A stretch of DNA of 63,132 nucleotides, filler included, from Globobulimina sp. (GCA_003354225.1; 50 parts of 50 records of this genome joined end to end with filler, not necessarily neighbours in it), one strand, 5' to 3'; positions 36,689-49,228 are shown, numbered from the whole stretch's first letter. Notes: a model not told the origin generated them from the letters alone. Numbers and translations: made by a program.

Positions 36689-37852
36689 TTCTATGCATCG
36701 GCTGATTATACGTTCGGAAATAATCACTTTCTCCGTTTGGATTCCTATAATCATAGAAATAGCCGCAGCCTCCGCCAAAATCATTAGAATCATAATAATT
36801 GCCATGCGAATTTTTACCCACATAAACAATCGGATGGTTCCCTTCCCGATACAATTGATCATAATTCAACGTATAATAATTGCCATGTTGGAAATATGAA
36901 ACATAAAATCCTGGCTCAGGTAAATCATTTGGCGAAACATGGACAATTATCCATTCCCAATCAGCAAAATGTGCGCCTTCACCGGACATACATTCATGTT
37001 GTCGAGCTGATGTATGTGTTATTATATATTTTATTATTTTATATATATGCATACATACCATAGAACCATCGATATTGAATCGTAAAATGGTGGTTTCCAC
37101 ATTCCGTCACTTTAAAAAACGTCTCAGCTTTTTTAATATCTGCATTTTCATACAAATTCGCGTCTGCCTCAGTCACATCTGGCGCATTTACAACATTATC
37201 ATCATAAAAGCCTTGTACTTGTGCAGCTGTACAAGGATATCCTTTGCCGCCCGCAGCTCGGTCAAACCTTAATATTGGCGCAAATTTGGCCGCCAAAGCT
37301 TGCTCATACGCTACAATTTCGGCAGACGTCCGTAACCACACTGATCCAACCTCTTCAATGGCATATAAATAGTTATCCGCACTTCGGGTTAAACTGTTAA
37401 TATATTGGTTACCCCACACAGTGTGCCATCCTTTTGCATCAAAAGAAGAATACCAACTATTGACACGCGCGCCGTTCTGTTTATAGCCAGAAAATGTACA
37501 ACATCTAATTTTTTCAATGCATTCCAGTGTTTGACAGCCGTTGGAATTTAATAAAAATCCGGTTAATACATAATCGGAATTACACGAAACTGTGCCAGCT
37601 GTATCAAAGGAGCCACTTATATCATGATTGTAACATGAGGCAGCTCCTGAAGTGGTAGTAGGTTGAGCACAGATTAACGATTCAATACAGTCAAGTGTTT
37701 CGCAGTCATTTCTGTAAATACCAATCACACCATAACCGTCAGAGCATCCACAATATTTATGTCCCTCCATTTGTGGTCCCTGATGGTCATCATTTCGATG
37801 ATTAGTATCAAAACAACCCCATAAATCAACTCTAGAATTCGCCACAATGCCA
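36689..37852 (-). CDS. Cys-rich repeat + NPP1/Vps62-like (NLP-type) domain protein; intron 37007-37058; partial
   Basis: FAPILRFD..GYP..IQYRWFY|ARQHEC..GAHFADWE..YFQHG..HPIVYVGKNSHG..GGCGYFYDYRNP; a 52-nt GT-AG intron restores the frame. Confidence 0.65.
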
Positions 37853-37952
37853 NNNNNNNNNNNNNNNNNNNNNNNNNNNNNNNNNNNNNNNNNNNNTTAA
37901 TTAATTAANNNNNNNNNNNNNNNNNNNNNNNNNNNNNNNNNNNNNNNNNNNN

Positions 37953-38121
37953 ATGCCTTACCAATGCCAGATGTAGCTCCAGTAATCCATATGGTTCTGT
38001 CAACAAAATATGAATTATTTAGTTTGCATTTCGCTGTACGCCAATCCGCATCTAATGTACGATATGTGTTGAATGTATAAGCACTAAGACCAACGACAGA
38101 AGCAAACGCAACAGCTTTCAT
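37953..38121 (-). CDS. Short-chain dehydrogenase/reductase (DHRS7-like), N-terminus
   Basis: DAD...F.DRTIWITGATSGIGKA. Confidence 0.8.
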
Positions 38122-38397
38122 TATTTTCGACCAGCAGTTTTTCACTGCAAAAATTTGAATCTTCTGTTTCTGTTCGAATCATGGCAGTGAAACTCGATCG
38201 TTGATAGGATGATTCCGATTCAGATAATACAATCTGAGATAATAGGTAATTATTGGTAGCAATATACCATAAAATACAATGAACCAACAGATTAAAAATA
38301 TCAAAACAAACGTTACTATTACGTTGTCATCCTATCAATCCTTGTCTTAATATTACTAATTGCAGGAGACAAATCATGTTACATTATAGCACTCTCA

Positions 38398-39116
38398 GTG
38401 TCCAATGAACCGAGTGATTTACAGAATAAAAATAGCGGAGTAGCCTACATATTTTCCATTATTAGTACAGTCATATATTTGATAGGCACTCCCTCAGTCG
38501 GCTGTGCCTTTGCTGCTCGTGCTTACTTATTATATTATGATTATAAATGGATGATAGCTTCAAACAAAGGTCGCTGGGCACATTTAATTACAGATTATTA
38601 TAAATCACATACAAATTGGTATATAAAGCATCGTGCCACCTTTGGCAGTCCAAAATATGTGTTCTTCAAAATATTGATCCCAGTATGTACTGCTTCCAGT
38701 TTTTTGCTATTAATGGCAAAGTTTATCAGTAACTCAGTGGGAACAGTGGTTATCAATTTAATCTATATATTTTTAATCATCTTTGTTGTAGTTATTTATC
38801 GCAGAATCCCCAGTCATTCCACTGACTGTTTTTTAATAAAAAAAGAAATGAAAATAGAACTCGTGATACTTACGACCGTTTATGTCATATTCAGAGGTAT
38901 GTGGATTGATAAATATATTTTGTTCATACATTGTCAGCAACAGAAACAAAAACATTTTTATGTACATGTAAGTGCCTTTTTTTTTACAAATAATATAAAT
39001 TAAATACAGATTTTGTATTTGCAGTGCTCAGATTATATTTACGACCATTTAGGTGTTGCTAGCACTAATATCAACCCGATGGGTCATGATAGACAGTGGA
39101 TTGTCATTGAATTCGT
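38398..39116 (+). CDS. Multi-pass membrane protein (possibly 7TM-RGS type), fragment with probable intron near 38898-39010
   Basis: Several TM helices; DCFLIKKEMK motif; GTATG donor and ACAG acceptor. Confidence 0.4.
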
Positions 39117-39216
39117 NNNNNNNNNNNNNNNNNNNNNNNNNNNNNNNNNNNNNNNNNNNNTTAATTAATTAANNNNNNNNNNNNNNNNNNNNNNNNNNNN
39201 NNNNNNNNNNNNNNNN

Positions 39217-39861
39217 TTGGTTTACGCGATGAATATCAAATGTATTGATAAATATATTTAAACCTTGCACGTTGGCACAGATAATATACGGCAGACACGA
39301 TACAAATTGCATGTATGCGGGGATGACATCTGACAGTTTGAACTGTAGCAGTTTTTCAAAAGTTTGATCAAAGCAATTGACAGCGATGCCGCTGGGGAAG
39401 AAATTAAATATTTTCACGATATGTTCAATTATATAGGTTTGGAGGATTGTGGTGTTTACAGATTTCAAAGTGTTTGTTAAACCGTTTGGGTTTAATGTGT
39501 ACAGTGTGCCGCGTGTTTGTGTAGTGGTGGCAGTGACGGCTCTGTGTGCAGATAACAAATAGTTCAAATCATGATTTACGCAGATAAATTCACCAAAAGC
39601 GTCATGATAAAATGTAGCTAATTCTGATTCAAATACACCATGTGGATGATACCGAAATAATAGCAATAATATGTTGCTTAACAAGCGTCGGATATCAGAT
39701 GCCGCCTTCATTTGTAACTCATTTATTTGTTTTTTGCTGAGGTATGATGGTAATATAGCCGCAGGTAATATTAATGATGGCAATGATTCAATTGACGTTG
39801 GCGTGATTGGTGATTTGCTAGTCTCTATTTTGTTTGCTTGCTCTCCTTGTTCTGCACACAT
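39217..39861 (-). CDS. Protein with tandem OST-HTH/LOTUS-like domains, truncated
   Basis: HPHGVFESELATFYHDAFGE and FPSGIAVNCFDQTFEKLLQFKL resemble two LOTUS starts. Confidence 0.45.
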
Positions 39862-39893
39862 GGATCAAGCGAATGAGAAAAAATATACTTAGT

Positions 39894-40214
39894 TCAGAGT
39901 TTCACTGTTTGAATGTTTGAAGCACGTATGTTAATATCATACTTTGCGAGCAAATCCAAAATGTCCTGTTTCATTTTATCATCCATGCCAAGTTTTGCTT
40001 TGATTGCCCATCTCCATTGTTTTCTAAATTTACCATTCCCATCAAGTATATTCTTCAATTTTTTATCAAATTGTAATCGCTTCCCCATTTTCAGTCTATT
40101 TTCATACTCAATAAGACGTAGCGATGGCTTTATTCCCCATATTAAAAACTTAAATATGCATCCTTTATATCTGGCAATTCTATCTTTGTAGTTTTGCCGA
40201 TGTTTTGCAACCAA
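39894..40214 (-). CDS. Hypothetical basic protein (exon or fragment)
   Basis: 106-aa ORF; no family recognised. Confidence 0.3.
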   Translation of the reverse strand: MVAKHRQNYKDRIARYKGCIFKFLIWGIKPSLRLIEYENRLKMGKRLQFDKKLKNILDGNGKFRKQWRWAIKAKLGMDDKMKQDILDLLAKYDINIRASNIQTVKL

Positions 40215-40480
40215 TCAATTGCATTGATTATAACTGGAGATATAAAATATTGCATCCACATAATAAGTATCATGAAAACAATATTATTGCAGTGACGGAT
40301 ATTTATAATAAGATATTAATTCCGCCATTGTTAAGAATTATAAATGAACAAACTGCGTGCTTTTATAAATGAACCAAATTNNNNNNNNNNNNNNNNNNNN
40401 NNNNNNNNNNNNNNNNNNNNNNNNTTAATTAATTAANNNNNNNNNNNNNNNNNNNNNNNNNNNNNNNNNNNNNNNNNNNN

Positions 40481-41034
40481 TCATAATTATATCTCGGCGC
40501 ATTTATTTGTTCCATAATTGAATCTGAATAATTGCTGTAATGTTTATAAAATGACCAGATAATATCACGAAAATCACGTGCTACGAATATATATTTACAA
40601 TCTGATTTAAATGGTAAACTTTCGACGGGTTCATGGAATCTGAAAATTCGATGTTTAATATTATTATTCATTAACTGTCCATTTGTACTTTCCAACATTG
40701 CTATTTTTGCATCTTTTGTGGGTCCACCAACGCGAAAAGAATTAAATTGTGGCGACAAACATAGCTCAATTAATGCGTTATGTCCATGATCAACATTATG
40801 ATATAATAACTGTGCAATTATTTCATACATCCAGGTTGAGCCGGATTTAGCAGATGCTACAAGAAATATATCTGAATCTACAATATCAATTTCATCCCAA
40901 ATTGATGTATCTAAATGATGGTTCTGCAACACAATTGATGCTTTATTGCTGGGACCTGAATACTTACATTTTGGGTATGGTTTAATCGATGTGCATAAGT
41001 TACGTCTTAAAACAGAATGCAAAAAACGCGACAT
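40481..41034 (-). CDS. Sulfotransferase family protein, 3' truncated
   Basis: 5'PSB DIFLVASAKSGSTW and 3'PB KYIFVARDFRDIIWSFY; N-terminus resembles a mitochondrial transit peptide. Confidence 0.85.
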
Positions 41035-41342
41035 TCACTTTACAATTTTAAGCTAAATTAAAGTTAACTAAAAAAACCTTTTTACAGTGATGTCAGAGTT
41101 CAAGACATTTTTAGATAAAGACAAATGCAATGTTTAGTGAATGTTTGTATTACATTTATCTCAAAATACCATCCACTATAATGCAGTCATTGGTGCATGG
41201 TTATATTAGAAATATTCAACAGTTATTGACAAAACAAATCATTCCAGAATCGATAACTCGGATTTGCTTTCAATTCTATTTCATCAGTTAATATATTTAT
41301 ATATGAGAATATTGCATTAAATTCACTGCATCAAACCATTAA

Positions 41343-41644
41343 GTGATAGATTCTGTAATTCTGGATGATGGAACAATGAATGTATTTGTAAATCTGTTTA
41401 GAAAATATAATAAGGTACATAATGACAATGGAGCATTGGAGTTTAGTTGTTTAGATTTGATATATAGAGCCAGCGTAGACGGATGGGGCTCATCTGACTT
41501 CCACAAGAAATGTGACAACAAATCAAATACAATCACCATAATCCATAACAGTGCAGACAATATATTTGGTGGATATGCGTCGATTCCATGGACCCAAGAC
41601 AGTGGTTATAAATCGGATGAAAAAGCTCTTATATTTTTGATAAA
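41343..41644 (+). CDS. TLDc domain protein, fragment
   Basis: LIYRASVDGWGSSDFHKKCDNKSNTITII..NIFGGYASIPW. Confidence 0.88.
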
Positions 41645-41744
41645 NNNNNNNNNNNNNNNNNNNNNNNNNNNNNNNNNNNNNNNNNNNNTTAATTAATTAA
41701 NNNNNNNNNNNNNNNNNNNNNNNNNNNNNNNNNNNNNNNNNNNN

Positions 41745-42908
41745 ACTGATTATAATTATAATTATTATGGATTTTTGGAGAGTCAGGTGTTTCGCAAAAA
41801 TTACATTCGATTTGCCATAATAGAATATGTATATGATAATCTTGGCAGATTAACTGAAAAGACCACTTCTGGAATAGAGTCAAGTGTCAAGTCTAAAATC
41901 AAGGAAAAATATTATTATTCAGGAACAAAAATCACATGTTATGAATGCATTAATGTAAAAGGGCCTACTTATAAGTTGACAGAAAAAAACGCCTATATAG
42001 ATTGGACATGCCCTCCTATGACAGATGGTAGAAATACAAAGGAGACTAACGTGGCAGTACAGAACTTTACATATGATATTTTCGATAATATTGTTGAAAT
42101 GGTAACACTATCAAATAATAATCAAAAATTAACCATCAACTATAACTATGCAGAACAACCTCCCACTCGTCTGCTAAGTGCTATATATAAAGGCTATGGA
42201 TTTAGTACTGATATCGATTATCAAATTATATATAAATATGATGGTGGTGGAAATGTAATATCTGCAATAAACAATGAACAAAAATTCTTCTATTCTATGA
42301 AAAATAAAATGGATCCACTGGATAAACCTTATTTCACTGAATATAAATTCAATAATCAAGGCCCAAAACATGAAATATTTCGCTTCCATGATGAGATTGG
42401 CAGTCTATATCACTATAAATACAAACAGAATGAACAAACAAAACAAGATATATACTTATTTCATGATCATAATGGGGTTTTGATTTCTGAGCAGCGACAA
42501 GAAAGCAGTGGTTCATACATTTATGGAGGTGGGCAGAAATTAGGTTTTATTGAAAAATATGATTTATTATCATTGACATATTTCTATCTGGATTATGCTG
42601 GGACTGTGTCTTCTTCGAAGAAATATAGCATTAACCAATTATTCAAACATGAAACATTCCTGCCATTTGGTTCATGCAGTGCAAACTCAACTAATGAAAG
42701 AGTTGGTTTTCAGAACATGTGGACCGAGGATCTCCAGCAAATGATGAATACAGACAATGGTAGGATCTATAATCCTACACTTGGAAGATTTCTACAAATT
42801 GATCCTGTAAATATATTCGAAGATAATGAAGCAATCAATCCTTACAGTTATGCATCAAATTCTCCTGTTTCATTTAGAGAGACAACCGGAGAAATACGGC
42901 ATATAAAT
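41745..42908 (+). CDS. RHS/YD-repeat protein with RHS-associated core, partial
   Basis: YVYDNLGRL, FTYDIFDNI, YKYDGGGNV, FLPFG, GRIYNPTLGRFLQIDP, NPYSYASNSPVSFRETTG. Confidence 0.88.
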
Positions 42909-43689
42909 NNNNNNNNNNNNNNNNNNNNNNNNNNNNNNNNNNNNNNNNNNNNTTAATTAATTAANNNNNNNNNNNNNNNNNNNNNNNNNNNNNNNNNNNN
43001 NNNNNNNNGGAAATGTACGCAAAACGAAGATTGTATGATTTTCCATCATTTTTATCTGTTGAAATATAATTTCCACCTTTTCTTTCAGCTATTCACTCGA
43101 CAGACAGGATGCCCTGGTATCAAATCAACAAGTGCTCTGTGATGTAATGAAAACCGATGGTCTAACTCCATTCTGTTTCACTGTCCGACCTATCAGTTCC
43201 GTTGTCCCAGTAGCAACCATGGAACAGGAAATAACAATTTTCATGAGAAATTATCCGGCAAACATTTGCATAAATCCAGTAATACCTATCCCAACCTTTA
43301 TCATTTTTTAAAAACTACTTTTTTCTTCCATTTCTAGGGCGAAATTTGGACCGGAATGTGTTGCATGGTCAAGTTCCCGGACAACATTTACAAAAGAGCG
43401 CAGGTCAATCATCATCCATCGATCAATGACACGGATTGTCATGTTTTCCTCTACGATCATGGAACAACCATTTACACCCCCCTCAACACCATATTTTACC
43501 TCCCCCATCGATTTGGCGCCTTCCCCTCACCCCTCTACAATTGCAAACAACAGAATAATAGATTAGCATCCGGAACAAGATTGGCTGTGGCAAAAATTAA
43601 TAATTGGAAAGAACAATTGGAACGAACAAATTATCGCGTCAATGTGACCTTGGTCAAACAGATCGACAATTACTACGAGGTCCAACTCT

Positions 43690-44151
43690 TTGCGCAAACT
43701 GGACAATGCCGCACGGATATTCCTTGTCTACACGGTCGTGCTCACCGCGTTCGTTTTCTTTCACAATCAGACATGGCCATACGTATTTGCCATGGCATTA
43801 CCATTCCTGGCAGTCTACGGCGCTGCAGCAGCAACCTTTTTTCTGCGGCACTCGAAAAGATGGAGCGCGATTATGGTGGGAGTACTTATAGCTATTGCCG
43901 TGCAGAGCACTGTGCGAAATGTGCAGTATCTGAATCACGACAACCGCGCTCAACTGGTGCTTGTCCAGTTCGCAGAGGCGCAGCTTGCTAAAGACGATAC
44001 CTATTTCGACGGCATCGGCATGATCCCCAGCCGTCGCATGGAGCCCCGCCTATGGCTCGATGCCCAAGGCGTCCGCAAGACCAAAGAAGAAGGGCAGAAT
44101 TCAGCTCTCTACAGCGCGCTCACAGGTGCTGAACCTCAACTTGTGATTTAG
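43690..44151 (+). CDS. Bacterial-type membrane protein fragment
   Basis: GC-richer codon usage than the rest of the window; TM segments, FHNQTWPYVFAMALPFL, YFDGIGMIP. Confidence 0.5.
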   Translation: MRKLDNAARIFLVYTVVLTAFVFFHNQTWPYVFAMALPFLAVYGAAAATFFLRHSKRWSAIMVGVLIAIAVQSTVRNVQYLNHDNRAQLVLVQFAEAQLAKDDTYFDGIGMIPSRRMEPRLWLDAQGVRKTKEEGQNSALYSALTGAEPQLVI

Positions 44152-44289
44152 ACCTATCGCACAGAAAATTTGNNNNNNNNNNNNNNNNNNNNNNNNNNNN
44201 NNNNNNNNNNNNNNNNTTAATTAATTAANNNNNNNNNNNNNNNNNNNNNNNNNNNNNNNNNNNNNNNNNNNNACGAATATTTAATTATT

Positions 44290-45436
44290 ATGGTCCACGA
44301 GTTTTGTGTGTTAAATAACAACAACAATAACATGCCGATTAAACACCCGATCATATTAATGATCGACCTGCGGAATATTAACGATAACATAAATTATAAT
44401 AATTCCGATGTGAAGAATAACCATCGCAACATATTTAACATTAAGTTTTTTTATGGATTTAAGCAACATCGCTTCAGATTGCAATGTGGTTTTGGCGGCT
44501 TTCAATTGCCACCGATTTCAAAGCAGTCGCATGCGTATCAACAGTATAAATATAAAAATATAGAAAAAATCAAAGAGAATCGGCGTTTTATTAAACATCA
44601 AACACAAATTGAATTGAAAAAAACATTGCATTTGAATAATAATAGTGAGTATAAAAGAAATCGACGGAACACGAATAGGAAATATATCAATAATAATAAT
44701 AACAATGTGAATAATAATCGCATCTATGGCCTGCACTTCAGATTAAATAAGAATGAATTGCGGAATTTACGCATTCCATTTGCTCAATCATTGCAATGTA
44801 AGAATTTAAGCAATCGACAAAATGAAATCAATCATCGAGTGGATAATCATTATCATGGCTTAAATATAAATAAACATGAAAATAAACGTAAAAATAAAGC
44901 TAAAACTGCTACGAATCCGATGCTGAATGAAGCAGACGAAAAAGAAGAAAATAATAAAGAATTAATGATAGCAAATATGATAAAAATCGCGTTAAAATAT
45001 CCCGAATTTTTGCCCTCAAAAATGATTCAAGACTTTGGGTGTAATATAAATGAAGGCATCCATGAGAATGATAGACATAAACTTGAACCAATAATACACA
45101 GTTTATTCAACACCTTACCGACGAACATCGTGTCCAAACTATATAAATTTATGCGGAATAAAGTAAATATAAATAATACAAACGATATGGTACGAATTGG
45201 AGCTCACAGCGAAGGCAGAAATATATCGGCAAAGAAGCAAATATTATCCAAAGAGATATTGAATGCATTTAAATATAAAGAGATATCGGACATAAATTGC
45301 GATTATGAACAATTAGATTCGTCCTCTTCCACCGCCACAGCCACGGCGACGGCCACTGCGCTGTCCAGTGGTTCATTGAATTCATTGTCGCATTCATTGA
45401 ATAATAATAAATATATTCACAAAAATAATACAAAGT
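44290..45436 (+). CDS. Asn-rich low-complexity hypothetical protein, partial
   Basis: About 380 open codons with poly-N tracts. Confidence 0.55.
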
Positions 45437-45536
45437 NNNNNNNNNNNNNNNNNNNNNNNNNNNNNNNNNNNNNNNNNNNNTTAATTAATTAANNNNNNNN
45501 NNNNNNNNNNNNNNNNNNNNNNNNNNNNNNNNNNNN

Positions 45537-46552
45537 GGATGACGCGGAGGTGAATAATGGCGATTTTGCTCCAGACCAAGTACAAGAACGTGAGAGCAGT
45601 GAAGAGGAGGAAACAGCGCCAAAACGCACAGTCAAATCACGCGCGAGTCGGGAATCGAGACAGTTGGATGACGAGGAAGTTGCCTATGGCGTTGCAGATG
45701 ATGTTAAGTTTTAAGTTTATTTCATTCCTTTGCACAATAAGTGTTATGACATCGCTATTTGCTTTGTGTCGTACATGCTGCCATTGCTTTGGTCAGTCAT
45801 TTTTGAACTGAAGTGCTTTAGTAAAATGTGTAAAAAACTTTGCGTGTTTGCATTTTTACAGGCTCCACCGAAACGAACTACAAAATCAAGGGCGAGTCGG
45901 GAGTCCAGACAGTTGGATGATGAGCAAGTGACTTATGGCAATGGCTACGATGTTAAGTTCAAATTTGCATATAAATAATGAAGGGCAATATTGATTTTGT
46001 CAACTTCCAGGATGCTCCAAAACGAACTACAAAATCACGAGCAAGTCGAGACTCGCGACAGTTGGATGATGCCGACGTGACTTATGACAGTACAGATGAG
46101 GTTAAGTCAGATATTAATCCATTATAACTAACCAATGTCAACGTTTATTTTGTTAGGATTCTCCACCAAAAAGAAGCAAAAAATCGCGTGCGAGTCGGCA
46201 ATCGCGACAGTTGGACGACGAAGATATTGATAATTATGGGTCGGAGGATGAAGAGGAGGACGAGGATGAAGAGGAAGATGACCGCATAATGACCGTACAA
46301 GACGACCCTTTGGGTAATAATATGCAGATTGACTCCAGCGACAAACAAGTAAAAAGGAATAAGGCTCGCGGCAGTTTCCAAGTGTCGCAACCTGTTTTAT
46401 CTGCCACTTTTTTAGAGACTCATAATGAACATCATATGGAGGAGGAAGCGGCGCAGATCAATGGACCTAAAGATGGCGCGCCAACACATAAAAAAACGGA
46501 TACTATGACCTCGGATTCGTCGGCGTACCGAGCATTTATGTCTGTTGATTGA
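45537..46552 (+). CDS. Repeat protein built from tandem 90-nt exons; introns 45703-45861, 45952-46010, 46101-46156
   Basis: Four copies of PKRTxKSRASR(E/D/Q)SRQLDD, separated by phase-0 introns that all begin GTTAAGT. Confidence 0.85.
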
Positions 46553-46956
46553 TGGAATAAACTTTAAATTTTGTTTTTAAATGTATTTATACGTTTTTTT
46601 TAATGTACCAAATTGTAGTTTTTATTATTCTTTCTTTTATACATTTTGTTGATTTTGAACGGATAGAATGATGAAATTTTTTTTTTAATTTTTATGTCTA
46701 NNNNNNNNNNNNNNNNNNNNNNNNNNNNNNNNNNNNNNNNNNNNTTAATTAATTAANNNNNNNNNNNNNNNNNNNNNNNNNNNNNNNNNNNNNNNNNNNN
46801 GTGAAAAAAAAATCAAGCTGAAAATCGTTGCTTGATACAGGCTTTCTAGAAATTCTGAGCAATGGCAAGAAATGGTCTACTGTTTTGAGAAAGTCATTCT
46901 AAAAAAAAAAATCCTTAGCGACAGACTCTGAATATTGACAGAGTAAGAACCCAAAC

Positions 46957-47172
46957 TCACACATTTGACAAAGGCATTGAAGGCAATCCAAACGAGAGTG
47001 ATAGAATCACGCACAAATTCAAAGGCGGGGGTAATAGTGCATTTTGGTTCAAACACGCGATAGTATGCGCGATACGATTGAAATTCACTTTTTTATGGCC
47101 CAATTCGCGCACTCTCTCATATGTGCTCGCCATCAGAGCCATCAATAAATTCAACAAAGACATTGTGAAGAC
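46957..47172 (-). CDS. TRP-type ion channel exon (S6/TRP box region), possibly degenerate
   Basis: LLNLLMALMASTYERV...LLPPPLNL. Confidence 0.6.
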   Translation of the reverse strand, partial: VFTMSLLNLLMALMASTYERVRELGHKKVNFNRIAHTIACLNQNALLPPPLNLCVILSLSFGLPSMPLSNV

Positions 47173-48064
47173 TGACGAGTCGTTTTTTGTCGATAAAAAA
47201 AAAGGTTCAAAATTCAATCGATTCACCTAATTTCGTGTAATTTGTTGAATTGATTCGCACGGATATAAATCTTTTGTTTCTGTCATTGTTGTGTTCTGTT
47301 GAGTCGAGTTTTTTTAATTTTTTGCTACAAACCATGTCTTCGTCGGAAAAAGATATCGATCTGATATAAAAACACTGAAGCAACACACCCAATCAGCTAC
47401 AATTGCTAAATATGTGCGGCATAGATGATTATGAAACTAAATATAGCAAAGTAAAACAAAAAGAAAAATTTAGCGATTATCAAAAAGAGAAATAAATAAT
47501 CAAACAGAAAAATAATGATAATGATATCGAACAGAACAATAAAAACATTCTGTGTTTTTGTATTGTTTCCAATTCATAACAAAGCAGAAGTTGAGGGTAA
47601 AAATCACGTGGTAAAAATGAATCAGTGATGTTAAAAGAGCTGAGTGTCATCGTAGTAATCATTACGATATTATTTTGTCATGCATTACACGAGATACTTC
47701 AGACACAAATGACAATGCAGTGTTGGAGATTAAATTGGACGCATTTGTGCAGATATTATTCAAATATTTATTTTATGCATTATCGAAAAACAATATATTT
47801 GATCTGGAATTGTAAGATTGTCACATTTATTAATTATTTTTTTTCAAGAGAAAACTGCAACTAATCTTAACAGTTGCTGGTCTATAATTTAAATTAAAGT
47901 GTAAAACACCACAAAAAGGAAGGTGCGAACAAAAAGAAACCAGAAACATAAAGTTTATATAGAANNNNNNNNNNNNNNNNNNNNNNNNNNNNNNNNNNNN
48001 NNNNNNNNTTAATTAATTAANNNNNNNNNNNNNNNNNNNNNNNNNNNNNNNNNNNNNNNNNNNN

Positions 48065-48490
48065 TTAGGTAAAGATATTAACCCATCACCAAATATTCAA
48101 GAAATTCAAACAAAAATAAAATTTAAGGATATATATTGTGGACGTTGGCATACCTTAGCAATTGATGATAATTATGGTGTTTGGTCGTGGGGCAATGGTT
48201 ATTATGGTAGTTTAGGCCATGGCGATGATAATAATAGATATTCACCAACAAGAATACAATATTTTATTCAAAACAATATTAAAATTGGTAAAATATGTTG
48301 TGGTGTTTATCATAATATATTATTATCGTTAAATAAGAAAGTTTTGATCTTTTTGTGTTGTGTTTACTTATTTTTATTGTTTTGTCTGTCATTTACAAAT
48401 ATATTTTAATAAATAAATAAGATATATTGTTTTGGAAGGAATGCGGAGTATCAATGTAAAGTAACATTCTCTCAAAAAACTTTGAGCTAA
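48065..48490 (+). CDS. RCC1-repeat protein fragment; intron 48341-48421
   Basis: IYCGRWHTLAID..VWSWGNGYYGSLGHG..P..I..ICCGVYHNILL..|IYCFGRNAEYQC. Not in the ORF track because there is no start codon. Confidence 0.8.
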
Positions 48491-48493
48491 AGG

Positions 48494-48885
48494 CTATTTT
48501 CTCCATTTAATATTCATACAAAGTTCACGCAAATGATTTAAGTCAGAAAAATTTGCCCATTGGTAAAACGCAACATTATCCATTGTATCAATCGGAATGT
48601 TAAATTGATAGCGATGCAACAACGCAGCCAAAATGCAAAACAATTCATTTTTTGCCAAGTTCTGTCCCGGACAATTTCGTTTACCATGTCCAAAGGCAGT
48701 AAAATTGACATGTAATTCGAACCTATTCTGTTCGTCCAGAAAATGTGCAATATCAAACAATTTCGGATTTTCCCAATAATTTGCGTCTGAATGAACAAAT
48801 GCGGTGTTTCCAATTAAAGTGGCTCCCTTAGGAATATTATAACCATCCAATGTGAAAAAATCGGTGGTCACAGTCCTCGAAACAA
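48494..48885 (-). CDS. Cytochrome P450, C-terminal part
   Basis: GYNIPKGATL, YWENPKLF, heme motif FGHGKRNCPG. Confidence 0.92.
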
Positions 48886-49137
48886 ATGCAATTGATAAGA
48901 ATATTGCTGTTAAGTGACTTTTTTTAGAATTAAATCGGAAATCTTGCATTTTCCAATGTTAATGATGATAAAAGCTTTGTTCACAAATTCTTCAATTCCG
49001 TCTTTTGTGGATCTTGATTGATAATGAGAGATGAACCCGTTCTCAGACATTCTGATATTAAATAGAAATCATTTTTTGATTGGTGGTTGCATTTTATTTT
49101 GCTGATTCGAATTGAATTTATTTTGTTTTCTATTCAG

Positions 49138-49228
49138 TTGAAAAGCAGTAAGGAGAAAGTACGCGAATTTGAAAAGACATTATTAAATTCGTATCAATTA
49201 TTTCTGAAACATATATTCGAATTGGCTC
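49138..49228 (+). CDS. Possible NOC3-like exon fragment
   Basis: After a TTCAG acceptor: LKSSKEKVREFEKTLLNSYQLFLKHI. Short, so weak. Confidence 0.25.

Noticed and set aside
43356-43991. 211-aa ORF as a real gene
   Set aside because: It crosses a compositional junction and overlaps the more protein-like 43690-44151 frame.
45560-46230. CRISPR-like repeat-spacer pattern
   Set aside because: The repeats vary at synonymous positions and the spacers are GT-AG introns; this is an exon duplication.
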